A DNA stretch of 64,000 nt from Octopus sinensis (Eukaryota), in NCBI RefSeq assembly GCF_006345805.1, contig NC_043005.1:21390001-21454000 (forward strand), read 5' to 3'. Every line of letters begins with the position of its first letter. The first letter of the stretch is position 1. The translations under genes and the position numbers were made by a program. The notes under the pieces are model-generated. The model saw only the letters and a list, made by a program, of their open reading frames with translations. It had not been told where the DNA came from and ran no database searches. Shown here one piece after another: positions 41,059 to 56,300 of this stretch.

Positions 41059-41689
41059 GAGGAATTGTAAGTGGGCTAAAATTGCTGACTTCACTTTAAT
41101 ATTTATCCTGGGTACTTTCAAGAAGTTCAAGCATATTCATATCTGAGGTTTATACAGAAACAGTTGCCTATCAATTTCAAGTAATATGGACGGCCATGCC
41201 ATGAAAAGATTTAGAAAGAACTTAACACTGTTCTTTAATGAGTTTGATTTAAACATAAGGATTACTACTAATATAGCAACATCCAGTGAAATGAACATAA
41301 TTTTAAACTTTAAGTCAAGTGTCATGCTTCTAAAGAAAGTGTAATAAGGAGAATAGACACCTTCATAGGCAATTCAACGTCTACTCCTAAGCTATAATAT
41401 GAAACTTAGTAGCTGATATTAGCAAAAGAATCTCCAGTTTAACCTCAAAGTAAGACATTTTAGACTGCATATTTTTAAAATTACAAGGCGTTACCTAGGA
41501 TTGGCTTTAGTAGGAAGTTGATAAAAACAGAGCATCCTTCACCTGCCTACCTGAACAGAATAAGTATAATAAAATAACTTGAGTCAATTCTCCTTTCAAC
41601 TTACATTTAACCATGGACATTGCAAGGAAATTTTCTTAAGATTTAAAGTATGATTGTTAAAACAAGATACTTTCCTTCACAACTTTGCT

Positions 41690-41750
<61 letters not shown>

Positions 41751-44700
41751 CTTCCTATATATATATATATATATATATATACATACACACATACAAATTG
41801 CCACGGCTAATATATATATATAACTTACTATATATATATCATCATCATCATCATCATCGTTTAACATCCGCTTTCCATACAAATTGCCAAGGCTAAATGC
41901 TGGGGTGTGCAGAAAAGAATAAAATTAATGGCACCCACACATTTTTTGTTGATAACCGAAAATCATATTCTAGCAATAAGACCAACATCAAGAGACAGTT
42001 AAAGCTAGTTGTGACATTCTCACAAGATATAGGAATGAAGTTTGGGCAAGATAAATGCTCATACATGCTAGTCAACTGAGGAATGGCAGAAAACATGTAC
42101 ATCAACAGCTTGTCTATCTCCCCTATTTCTAATGATGAAAGATACAAGTACCTCAAAATTGATGAGAATGTTGCTTACATTGGTGCTGTGACTACAGCTA
42201 GAATAACCAAAGAATTTTTTTTATTCTTCAAGTGCATTTTGGCATTTAACTGACCAATTCCACTTTACTTCCTTTTTTAGTAAGTCATTCAATGGAGCTC
42301 TTAATTTGTACATGTTAGGAATGTAGTTTTGATAGTAGTTTGCCAGCCCAAGAAATGCTTGTAATGTTGGTATATTTGTTGGAGCAGGGATATTCTTTAT
42401 TGCATCTACCCTCAACGGATCAGGCTGTCTACCATTTTTATCAATTATTTGCCCTAAGTACTTGATTTGAGGCAAAAATAATTAGCATTTTTCTTCACTC
42501 AAAGGGAACTCAGACTCTTTAATTTTCTTGAACAGAATTTTATATTCTCCACATGTTGTTCAATTAATTACTCTTAATCAATATATTGCCCAGATAAGGA
42601 ATTGCAAATTCACAGTCAGATAACATAGCATCCATGATTTAATGAAATATTGCTGGTGCAACCTTTAATCCAAAAGGTAACCAGGTATATGTGTACAGTC
42701 CTCTATGTGTATTTATTGTCAGATTCTTTGAGCATTTGTCATTTACTTTAATCTGCAAATACGCATAGGACAAATCCAATTTGGAGAAGATTTTTACACC
42801 ATTTAATTTTGCAAAAATGTCCTCTGGAGTCAGGAGTGGATGGTGGCATGTCATTAAGCAGTTATTCAGTCCTGTAGAGAAATCAGCACACAGCCTAATG
42901 TTTTTCTTTTTCTTTTTGATGCAAACCGCAGGCACCACCCATTTAGAGTAATCCACCTTTTTGATGATTCCACTCTTTTCTAGTCTGTCCAACTTTTCGT
43001 TTACAATTCCAAATGTCACAAAGAGTACTTCTCTGTTAGATTTAAATACAGACACAGCCTTTTCACTAATTTGAAAGCAGGTTTCAGTCTTTTTACATAG
43101 ACTTAAGTCCTCTGACAGTACTTGAGGAAACATCTTTTTCAATTTTCTCTTCAATTCCTCAGGACAATTATGTTTTTGCAGTAGAGACTTATGGGGAGGT
43201 ACCATAAGTCAAATAACTCAACCCAATCTGTACCAAACAAATCAATTGTATTCTTCACAATGAATATTTTTGCTTCATGTGTTTCTCCTCGAAATGTGAT
43301 GTCTGTACACATTTTGCCCATGAAATGTAATTTATATTCTGTCATATAATTTTCAGTGTTTTATGTAACCTCAGTTTCCTGATTTTTCTCCATGTATCTA
43401 CATTTATGATTGAAATATCACTACCCATATCCAACTGTAGTTTAATATTTGCACCATTTATTTTTAAGTGTACGAATTTTCTTGTTTTTGTGTTGCAGTC
43501 ACTTTCTGCTGAAAGCACCTTAAAACTTTTTGCATTTGGCCCTCCTCATAATCTTATCCTGCAGTGTGAGTTCTTGTGACCAAGTTGCTGACAACAATAG
43601 CATTTTCAGTTTTTAAATGGACACTCTTTTCTGAAGTGTAGGCCTCCACATCCATAACATGGATTGGGACCTGGCATTCTTTTGCGGTTGTACGTTTTGG
43701 ATTGACACATGTGTATTTTTGCAGAATCTTTCACTTGAATTTTTTCACATTGTGCTTCAGGTTTACCATTGTTTGACATTCTTCTGCAATAGTCTGTATG
43801 GTTGAGTCTTGGTTTGCTTGCTCCATTTTTGAGAGAACCCTTGCCCAAATTTCTCTAACTTCAGTTGCTGTAAGATCTTGTACAAAGATAAGTGAATTCA
43901 GAAATCAAGTTTGCCATACCGTCTGGCATAGATAAACTTACTGAGAATTCAGACTTCCTTGACTGTAAGTCAGTTAACTGTTGTTGTTGTAATATTTGCT
44001 TCTGCAACTCTTGTAGTTGTTCTGTTTGCTTCTCTTGAAGTTATATTAATGTCGCTAATAGGTTCTCCATAATTTAACAATTTGCATGATGCACTAGTTG
44101 TCAAATAACCTATGTGAGCTTTTAAAAATCCTTGTTGCCAGATGTTATATCCTTATGCCTCCAATATAATACACCTAAATCTTTACTGGATGACAAGCAA
44201 ATTCCAACAAATATGAGACTGAATTGACCTGGAACAAAAATGTCAAACCCTTAAAGGGGTCATGGATGGTTAGTGCACCCCCTCCCCAAACACACATACA
44301 AGCAGTCATGCATCCATATACACAACCACACATATATGCACACACACACATAAACTATTTGTTTGCTCTCACCCTTCCTCTTCTTAGCAAACACATGTTT
44401 ACATACACACGCATAGGACCAATTCTCAGACAGACTTAGAAAGGCAAGTCATTGAGAAACATTATTATTAAGACAGCAAGCTGGTGGAATCTTTCATATG
44501 TTGTACAAAATGCTTAATGGCATTTCTTCCATGTCCTTGCATTCTGAGTTCAAATTCCACTGTAGTTGAATTTGCTTTTCATCATGCTGAGGTTAAAATA
44601 TGAACCAGCTGAACATTGGGCTTATTGAAATCAACTTACACCCTCACACAAAATTTCTGGCATTGTGCCTGTAGGAGAAGAAATCATCATCATCAGTGTC

Positions 44701-47700
44701 ATTACTACTGCTGTTGTTATAACTATTACTAAGGTGTTGAGTTGGTAGAATTCTTAGCATATCAGATAAAATACTTAGCAGCATTTCATCAGTAGTAACA
44801 TTCTGAGATCAAATTCTGCTAATGTCAACTTTGCCTTTCATCCTTTCAGAGTCAAAAAAAAAAAGAGTATGAGTTGCATGTTGGAGCCAGTGTAATCAAT
44901 TAGTCCTTACTCCAAAAATTCAAGCCTTGTTTCCTATTATAGAAAGAATTACTACCTCTGCTGCTGCTGCTATATTTAAAGTTTTAGATAATTACATAGA
45001 AGTACCATATAATTAACATTTTGAATAAAACATTTGAAATCCATCTGGTTCATTAGTTTTTTATATGGACAATAAAAGCATAATCCATCTGCAAAATTAT
45101 TTTTCAGTGTGAGACAATTATTGTGAATTCAGTTACATCATGAAACATACCCACAACCTTACCTCAGTGTTTAGGTTGCAGATAATCAAGTTGTACATCC
45201 TTTTGGATGGTGTGCTTTTGTTTATGATTAAATGACCACAAGAACAATTCACATGCTGGTTGATCATATTTTGAACAACAGTTAAAAAGGAATGTACAAA
45301 TGCTTTACATGCTCCCTAAATGTTGAAACAAGATTTCAAATAAGTTTGAAGAAGTCCTACACTCTTATGAATTCTGATTGTTTTTCATTTCATAGATCAG
45401 TTATTTGTTTCTAATAAATTGTTCATTTAAAATGAATTATGCTCAAGATGCTATATAATTTTCAATGTGTGTGTGGGGGAGTATAACATGTATTTCTTTT
45501 CTTTCTTTTTTTTTCTAGCTGATGTTGATGTTTTGACACTTAAACGAACTAACATACTAATGCAGGATAATTTAGGCCGGCTGCATAATGTGAGCTTAAA
45601 GGAGTGTGATGAAGCTTGTTATGAGCTTGCAGAGTGTAAATCATATGAATATAAGGAAAAGACTAAGATATGTGATCTAAGTAATGTGACTCACTTGACT
45701 CATCACCTTCAACCCAACATATATGGATGGGATATTCACATCATTAACCCAGGTCAGTAGATGTTTTCTATTCTTTTTTTTTTTTATGTGTGCACTTCAT
45801 GCATGTTTGTGTGTATGTATATATTGAAATGTGTGTGTTTATGATACACACACACACACACAGGTACATCAGTTCAAGGGAATGCTGTAGCTCATAATCA
45901 ACAGCTTGTTAACATCAGGCATACATGTCTCTTGAACAAAACACTGAAAGGGAAAAATAATTTCCGAATAATATTTATAAACTAATTTATCAGATTCACT
46001 TCATCATACAGTTCTATATTTAAGAGATGAGGAATTAAGTACATTAGTTACATTATTTACATTTGACAGATATTTGTCCTCATCTTGTTTGTTGTTAACA
46101 CATTTCAGCTGATATACTCTCCAGCCTTCATCATGTGTCTTGGGGAAATTTAAAACCTGGGTTCTCATTCCTAAGGTATTTTTCGATGTTATCATCATTA
46201 TTATTATTATTATTATTATTATTCAGTAGTTTTATTTTTATAGCGTGCTTTCACTTCACTACCGAGCGCAGCGCTGTGTGCCTTGGGTATGTGCTGTGAT
46301 TTGTTGTGATGCTCTGATGGTTATTGTATGGAAAGTGTTCTGCGTAGGATGTGTGCAGTGCCTAGTAGTGCAATTTTCTGTATGTTATATGTGTTTGTAA
46401 GTCCTGGTGTTTTTGTTATGTATTTGTCTGAATATTTTTTTATCATGCCTAATGCACCTACTATGATAGGAATTGTTTCTGTTTTCAGATTCCACATTCT
46501 AGTTACCTCTATTTCCAGGTCTTTGTATTTTGAGAGTTTCTCCATTTCTTTTAGAGACACGTTGTCATCTGCCGGTATTGATACATCAATTAGAAAGCAT
46601 TTTTTTCTTCATGGTCTCTGACGACTATATCTGGTCTGTAGGCCTTAATTTCTCTATCTGTGTGTATCGGCATATCCCAGAGTATGGTTGCTTTCTCGTT
46701 TTCTGTGACCTTTTCTGGTGTACCATCATTTTTCTGTTGTTATTCCATAATGTTGGCATAGCTTCCAATGTATGTAGGTTCCAACTCTGTCATGTCTGTG
46801 AATATATGTATGCATATATGTATGCATGTGTGTGTGTGAAAGAATATCTTCCAGATATTATCTTCCCATACATACATACATACATACATACATAAAATAC
46901 AACAGATGTTAACATAAACCTGAAGATCAGTGAAAAAGAAAACACCTATGCTGAACTATTGAGAAATCTACAGTTACTCTATCCAAATTACAAGTTCAGG
47001 TTTATACTTGTAATTATTGAGGCCCTGGGATGTGTAACACACTGCCAATCTTGAGAAATTAGGCTTCTCCAAACCAGAAACAGAGAAAGCTAATTCAAAG
47101 ACTACAGGTCCAATCCATCACTGGAACTGTAAAAATCTGTAAAACTTTCCAGAAGTTTATCATTTAAATATATATGAGCATGTCTAGATATGTAACTCTA
47201 TGCATGAGAATACATGCATAAAACATACAAATCTGCATATACATACATACATACATACATACATACATACATACATACATACATACATACAAACAAACAA
47301 ACAAAAAACAAACAAAAATACCCTGTTGTTGATGTTGAAATTCCAATGAAGGAACCTTGGATCTGGGTTAGAAACTGATTCTTTCTCTATTGTCATGAAA
47401 TCTTGAAATAAATTAAATAATAACATACATACATACATATCTATCTATCTATCTATTTGTGTGAAAATTCAGTTTTGTTTCACTCCATGTCTTTTATTAT
47501 AACATTGTCATACCTCCTTGTTTTTATCCTCCTCCTGAGATTCACCTTTGATTTCAATTTTTCTTATTAATTCCAGTTCTTGCAAAAATTAACTGTGGAC
47601 CTCCAAATGAGATTGTTGGTACAAAGAAGTCCTACACTACCACTACCTATAAATCTGAAGTGATCTATACTTGTCCAGAAGGAAGAAAATTAAAATCAGT

Positions 47701-49490
47701 ATGTAAAAGGGATACAAAATGGACATCGGTACCACCTTGTGAAGGTAATGTAAATAGCTTTTCTTCTCTTGTCTCTAACAAGATACTTTTGTTTTATTTT
47801 TGCTAGATTGAATGGGATATTTATTTTGGTGTGTTTAAGATGGCTTGAACTGAAAAGTAGATACTGTTTTGAATCTGTTGGTTTGTAGTAGATGTCAGTT
47901 GCAATTTGGTTGTTGGATATTTTTATAATCAAAATGTCCAGAAATGGGAGCTGTTCCTTGCTATATTCCATTGTAAATTGAATGTTGGAGTTTGTCATTG
48001 AATCCCTGAAGTTCATCCTACAAAACAATTACTTCCTATTCGATGCAACATACTAATGCAGTATTGCAATGGGAACAAAAGCAGTGCCTGTCCTTTTAAT
48101 AATGGGTTTCTTTAAATCTACCCTATATGAACTTTTGCTCTAAAAATTTGGACCCCGCATTTTATAATAAATACTATTTACTCATACTTTTCTTTCTATT
48201 CATTTGATTTTATGTAATCCATTCATTGGATTTTATTATCCCTTAATGAGGTATTTATCCTTTAACTGAAGTTATTTATATATGTATGTATATCATCATC
48301 ATCGTTTAACATCTGCTTTCCATGCTAGCATGGGTTGGACGGTTTGTCTGTGGGATGGCGAACCAGATGGCTGCACCAGATTCCAGTCTTGATCTGGCAG
48401 TGTTTCTACTGCTGGATGCCCTTCCTAACACCAACCACTCCAAGAGTGTAGTGGGTGCTTTTACATGCCCTCAGCACGGGGGCCAGTCAGGCGGTACTGG
48501 CAATGACCTCACTTGTATTTTTTTTTAACACATGCCAACAGCACAGGTGCCAGTAAGGCAATGCTGGTAACAATCCCGCTCAAATGGTGCCTCCTACATG
48601 CCACCAGCATGGAAGCCAGTTAGCCGCTCTGACAACGATCATGCTCAGATGGTGCTCTTAGCACCCTACTAGCACGGGGTACAAGTGCCAGTAAGGCGAC
48701 GCTGGTAACAATCTCACTCAAATGGTGCCTTTTATGTGCCACTGGCATGGAACCTGTTAGCCGCTCTGTCAACGATCACATTCGTATGGTGCTCGTGCCC
48801 GTCATCAAATTTCACTTTGATTTTGATTTCAATTTCACTTGCCTCAACAGGTCTTTGCAAGCAGAGTTTAATGTCCAAAGAAGGAAAAGGTTCACATAAG
48901 TGGGCTGGTTACGTCCCTGGCGCAGGCCACTGGTTATGGTCTCATTTGGCTTGCCGGATCTTCTCAAGCACAGCATATTTCCAAAGGTCTCGGTCACTAG
49001 TCATTTCCTTGGTGAGGCCTAAAGTTCGAAGGTCGTGCTTCACCACTTCATCCGAGGTCTTCCTGGGTCTACCTCTTCCACAGGTTCCCTCAACCTCTAG
49101 CACATGGCACTTTCTCACACAGCTATCCTCATCCATTCTCACTACATGCCCATATCAGCGCAGTTGTCTCTCTTGCACACCACATCTGATGCTTCTTAGG
49201 TCCAACTTTTCTCCCAAGGTACTTACACTCTGTTGAATATGCACACTCACATTACACATCCATCGGATCATACTGGCTTCATTCCTTGTGAGCTTACACA
49301 TGTCCTCAGCAGTCACAGCCCATGTTTCACTGCCATGCAGCATGGCTGTTCGTACACATGCATCATACAGTCAACCTTTTACTCTGAGCAAGAGGCCATT
49401 TGTCACCAGCAAGGGTAAGAGCTCTCTGAACTTTGCCCAAGCTATTCTTATTCTTAATGTATGTATGTATGTATGTAGGTATATATATAT

Positions 49491-49578
<88 letters not shown>

Positions 49579-50282
49579 TATACATACACATACATTTACA
49601 TAAAAGTAAACAACAGGTTGTATAGTGTGATGTATAGATAAATCAAGGCTAGGACAGAAAGAACAGAAGCGGAAATCCAACAAAAAGCAACATATTTTGT
49701 TTTTTGTTGGATTTCTACTTATGTTCTTTCTATCCTACTCTTGATTTTTATATATATTTATATATGTGTGTGTGTGTTTGTGTGCCAATTTAGATCGTAG
49801 TTGTGGCCAATGCCAGTGTTGTATATCTGGCACATAAAAAACACTCTTTAAACATTGGGTGATATGTTGTGCTTGAGAAGACCTGTCAAGGCATGTGAAA
49901 TTGTAGTCATGGCCAATGTTAGTGCCATCTGGTTGGGGTTTGTGTCAGTGGCACATAAAAAGCAGCGTTCAAGTGTTGGGCCTAATGAAGGCAGTAACAG
50001 ATGATCAAAGCCTTTGGCAATATACTGTGCTTGTGTAAACCTGTGAAGCCAAGTGAGGTCATAGTCATGGCTGATGCCAGTGTCACGTCAATGGCACCCA
50101 TGCTGGTGGCACATAAAAAGCACCCACTATACTCTTGGAGTGGTTGGTGTTTTAGGAAGGGCATCCAGCTATAGAAACCTTGCCAAATCAGAATGGAACC
50201 TGGTGCAGCTCCCTGGCTTACCAGTTTTCAGTCAAACCATCCAACTCATGCTAGCATGGAAAGCAGACGTTAAACGATGATG

Positions 50283-50330
<48 letters not shown>

Positions 50331-53300
50331 TCCATCATTATCATTCAGAAATCTATGTTCCATGGGTTGCACTTCTTAACAGGATCCAATGAGCCCAAGG
50401 AGTCATCATGTTCCAATGTCTGCTTCAGCATGGTGTCTATGGCTGGATGCCCTTCCTAATGCCAACCACTTTACAGTGCCTGCTGGGAGAGTTTTCATGT
50501 CACCAATACTACTATTATCACCATATGAATCTCAAGAGAACAAATTCCAAGAGAGAAGTGGGTTAGCTTTATGCTGGGGAATGAGGGGTTAACATGTGAG
50601 AGAAGAGGATGTTGGTGCAAAGCAGATTCTTGGGGAAAAGTTGCATGTTTGCTAATATTTAGTAGGTAGGAGGGAATGGTCAGAAGGAGCTGCAGTTAGA
50701 TAGATAGTAGAGATGAAGTGTCCAGGAGACCCTTAAAAGTGAGTAGAAAAGGGTGGTGGGTTTGCAAGACTGTACAGGGTGGAGAAGGTGTGGGGATGGG
50801 GAGGCAGCCTGCAATGGTAAAATGTTAGGTAGTGTTGAAGAGCAATAACTGATCAGTCATGAGTTGGGGAAGAGAAATGGATGCAGAAGAGTGTAGGTGG
50901 TGTTGAGAGCCACAGGACAGTAATGATATAGTTGTCAAGAAACAGATAGATGACAATGTGGAGTAAGTGAATTAGAGAAGGTGAATCAGTGTAATGTGTG
51001 GGTGGAGAGCAGAGTATACAAAGTGCTTCCAGAACTCTGTCTCACTGACACGGACAGGTTGTCTCAAGAACCTCATATACTCAGTCATTCTGGTCCTTTA
51101 TTTCCTCTGTAAGGCTCATCATCTTGAGATCACCCCTCACCACTTCATCCTATGTTTTCTGAGTTTCTGTGTTCCACAAGTTCCATCCGCTTTAAGTGAT
51201 TGGCTCTTTTTTTATACAGCTATCCAATCCATATACTTCTGATGACCAAACCATCTCTTGCACACTGCATTATTCCTCTTATGTCCAATTCATCTCTCAA
51301 CACATTTGTACTTTCTATATATTCTCTCTGATGTTGCACATTTTTTGAAGCACATTAGCTTCATTCCTCGTTAGTCTTTGCATATCCTCATCATTCCCAA
51401 TCCACATCTTACTGCTAGGTGGTATACTTGTTCATATACAAGCAGCATACAATCTGCCTTTCACTCATTGAGAGATCTTTCTTTACCAACTGAGGTAATG
51501 ACTCATTGAACTTTCTTCATCTTAATCTAGCAACAATACATTCAGAACATCCTCTTCCGACGCTAATTAGGTCACATATGTAAAAGAAACTATCTACAAC
51601 CTCTAGGATGTTTCATGGGAATTTGAGAAAATCCAATTCTCATGTGTCTCTAGTGTATATTGTTCCTGCACATCTACCACATACAAAGACTACTTTCACT
51701 GTTAACCTTCCTGTGATTTTACTGTACCACTTATATGTCCATAGTTTGCACTGGGTACACTATATGGAATCCCTGCCAAAATTTTTTCCATATATCATAC
51801 AGGACACACATATAATATACGTTCACCATTAGTATCATCTGTTTTCAATTTCAGCCTATGCAGACATTGACTGTGGAAATCCAAAAGATATTGTTGGTGC
51901 ATTAAAGTCCTACACAGACACCACCTATAAATCTGAAGTGACCTATACTTGCCCAGAGGGAGATCAATTAAAGTCAACATGTGAAATAAACAACAAATGG
52001 ACCCTAGTGGCAGAGTCCTGTAAAGGTAATGTTAATAACTTCTCTTTTGTCTCTGTTTGGTAATTTTGTCTTGTGTGTTGAATGTATTTGTCATAGGAAG
52101 ACTGACTGAAGACGCAAGTTCTGCAGTGTTTGTGGCTGTTGGTGGAGGAGAACTAGTTATCCTCAGACCAAAGATCTCACAAATGCTTGCATCAGAGTGA
52201 ACATCATTAGTTCTAACAAAGGACCAGGTTGTGGTTTTTAATTGCATGATGGATTAAATCCACTAACCAAGAGCTGGTAGTGTAGAAACCTGTTCCTCTC
52301 CTGCACACTCCCACATAACTTGTATCCACTACATTTCATTCAAAAGGCTTAGTTACAAAGTGAATTTTTAACCATGCAGACAAAATTCCACCTACTTCAA
52401 TATTGTTGTAAACTTATTACTTCCAAAGCTAAAACACCACAACTCAACTTGATAGATAGTCTCTTTATTTCTAACTTGACTTTTCTCACCTGCACTTTGT
52501 GGCATCCTTTAAAACTCTATATGATATAATGCCTGAGCTTTTCCGTACCAAAACTTAGCAATCCTCTGAAACAGTCTTCTGACGCTCATGTTATCTTCCA
52601 CTCCACCATCCATAATTATAATACTTCTTCAAATAATGATAATGATTTCTGATTTAACCACAAAGCCACTCTAGCCATTTTTGCCATACTGTCATTGCTT
52701 TCAATAATTTCCCTTGGAGACAGTATCTTACTCTCTATCCTCACCATCTTAACAAGTGAAATTTACAATGCAGATGAGAGATTGACTGTTGTCTGACCTT
52801 TCAGCCTCATCCACCACACAATTGCATTTGCTATAGCTACCAAACAGAGAAAAACTGTCTTTCCTACCTGGCTAAAGGAGAGTGTAGGGCAATAACATTA
52901 CACACAACAGCGGCTGTTTGACATAACTTAAGAACTCAGCAATACTTGGATGTTGAATGAGCGCTTGCAAAATGACTTCATTTTACTGCATACATCTCAA
53001 AGGCCTGTCTTAGCACTTTCATAACTGTAGACTTTATCTTGGACCAGGAGAGCCCTTTGGTTACACTGCCAGGCCAAGGACTTCAGAAAGTTGTCCAAAA
53101 CACCAAGTCCTCCAAAAAAGAAGGAAAAACTTATCAGTTCATTTTTATGGATGACCAGAGCAACTTTGGAATAAGTGCTCTATCCCTCTACGAATCTTCA
53201 ATAGATTGTTAGATTGAAATACCACCAATCCCATTGCCTCATTCATATTTGATCCTGCATATAATATTTTCTAAAATCCTTTGGATTATATTAAATAACT

Positions 53301-56300
53301 TGAAATACCATTTTTTATGATGGTTTGTGTGGGATTGAAGGAGATTTTGTTAATATTTCTAACATACTGGGCATTCACATAGAGGATTCCACAGTAAATA
53401 TTGAACTTAGTATTACAAGCTAACAGATCTAACCCAGCTTATCTTCTGATATAATCTTTTGTGTGTAATCAGCTAATATTTATTGTTTAGGCACATGACT
53501 AAATCTTATTAGAGAAGGTAACGAGATTGTGCGATATTCATGTCTTTCTCAAGGGCATTAACTATCTGAAAATCAAATCTAGTCATTGACTCACACCACT
53601 CATTCCATATTTATACTAAACAACTAGATATAAATACTCAGGCTCACTTCCAGCATAGGAAGCAAATACTAAATAAAAAAATATTAAAGTGGCTTCTTAT
53701 GATTAACTAAAATTTTTACCATTAGTGTAAAAAAATAATGTTAATGACTTATTCTGGTCATGATATTCAGAACTGTCAACCTTATAAAGATAATCAGTTT
53801 TTTTCTTCATCTCATTAAAAGTAATAATTTTAATGAAATAAAATTTGTTACTATATATTAATATTTGTTCATGAGATGATAATGAAAGGGAAATTATTTT
53901 TATATTACCTGGTAAAGCATTGCAAAACAGTAAAGTGATGAGTTATAGTCTGATCCTTGATTAATCATATTTAGTTACATCCTTTTACTCTCAGGCTTCA
54001 AATCCCGCCATGATGTACTTCACCTTTCATACTACTGAGGTTGAAAAACAAGCTCTATTCAAGTACTGAGGTTGATTTATTTTATGTATCCTAACTGCAG
54101 AATATGTGGCCTTATGTTTAAGGTAGAAATAATTATTATTACTATTGGTAACATCGATAATAATTATAGTTATTCTTGTTGCTAAGAGTGATGGATTATC
54201 CAGATCATTAGAGCATTGGACAAAATGTGTTGTGGTACTTGTTCTGTTTCCTTATCTTCTGAATTCAAATCCTGCTTATGTTAATTTTACCTTCCAGGGC
54301 CAAGAAAATGAAATACCAATGAAGTGCAGAGGCCATTTTACTTGACCCATTCTGGCTCCAAAGATATGGCCTAATTTTTATTGTAGAAACTTTTGTGTTA
54401 TTGTTATTTTTCATTGGTCTGAATTTTACTTTAACTATAGATCCTCAGATTCATTTTGCGAAAGTAAAAGGTGCAGCTCTGGATGTATCTGGGAAAAGAT
54501 TATGGAATAAGAAAAAAGTAACAGCAGCAGACTGTGCAGAAAAATGTGTGTCTGACAAAAATTGTTTATCATTTGAAATAAATAAAAAAGGTGGAAAATG
54601 TTATTTATCAAGGGAAAGTGCAACTCTCACTAAGAAAATTTACCTAGACAATAGCAGAGATTACTATCAAAAAGTAAAACGTAATTATTCTTTGTATTTT
54701 ATTATTGGAATTCTGTTTGCCTCTTTTTCTGAAATTTGTGATTTTATTTGTACTTCATAGTATATATACAACCATTTCAGTGAAGACATCGACAGGTTTA
54801 CCTGTAAGGACAGGCATGGACACATTCTTGACATAAGCAATATTAGGAACTGTAAATATGTTAGAGTATTCTCATGCAACTTTTATCCACCTTGAACAAT
54901 TTTATGCATGCTTTCAGTCATATTTCTGTGTAAGAAAAGAAACTTATGTTGTTCTTCTTAAACCGGAGCAGGATTAGTGGTTGTGGTGGTGGTAGGAGTT
55001 GGAATATGAGTAATAGCAGCAGTAGTAGTAGCAGCAGCAACAGCAGCTTTTTATCCATTTCTATATGTTGGCATGGCTTAGAGAGTGATGTTACAGTTCA
55101 ATGTTACACCAAACTTAACAATTAATACCAATGTATCTGCTTTCAACAAAGTAGACATTACTCTAGAATTGAAGTCTGCAATCCTTACTCAATATCATGA
55201 TCAACATGCTTGGCTATTCTACAAACAGTTGAAAGAGCCTCTATTTGTCTACATTCTCTATCTAAATTAAATGTTTTTTTGAGTGATGTCAAATATCAGG
55301 TCATCCCATAAGATCTGTCCGAATTTTGAATAAAGAAAACAAGTGATCAAATGTTATATTTAATTGAAATTTAATCATCAATGTACTTTCCCTGATTATC
55401 TATGACTTCCTTCCATCTATTTACAAGCTTTTTAATCCCATCAATGTAAAACTCTTTTGGTTTCAAAGCAAAGAACTCTGAAATGTCAGTTTCAACCTCC
55501 TCCTGGCTTGCAAAAGTTATGTCCCCCAAATGATTCTGTAAACTACAAAACAAATGGTAGTCTGAAGGAGCAAGGTCGGGAGAATAAGGTGGATGAGGAA
55601 TTTTTCCCCAACCAAGCTCTTCGATCTTCTGTGATGTGATCTTTGCAGTGTGGGGTCATGCATTGTCCTGATGAAACATCACTCCTTTTCAATTCACTAA
55701 AGTGGGTCTAAATGCTATCTCTACAACTATCACCAACATTCTCATATTAACCAATATGCTACTCTTTATAAGAGTTTGGCTAGTCCATTCTTCCAATCCC
55801 TTAGGTGTGTCAGTGACTCTTGCCACAACATCTCCCCCTTTGAGATTTAATTCCATTTGAAGTTAATAATTTTTATTTATTTTTCTTTCATCATATCTCC
55901 CTTTTTGAGATTTTCTTCCTAGGGAAGTTTAATGTTTCTTCTGTTTAGGCATTACTTCCAACCATTCTGTTTGTTTCCTCTTTCTTGTGCTGCTACAACT
56001 AGTTTCGATTTCTTGTGGCATTGGAACATCAAAGGGGTCATAGAACACTTCAATGGGTATCTTTTCTTTTACCCATATATCTGTTTTTTAGCTGGTTTAA
56101 ATGCTTTTTGTGTTCCCATTTTTCGCCTCTTATCATATATGTCATTTTTGCCTATTCTTTTTATTACTACTCCATCTTCCCAACTTTGTTTTCCATTTTT
56201 ATATATTTTGAAAAACACCTTGTCACCAATATTCCAATATTAAAAAAACTTTGTTGTATTTTTAGTGTTTTCCCTATTTGTTTTTCTTACTGGTAGCAGC

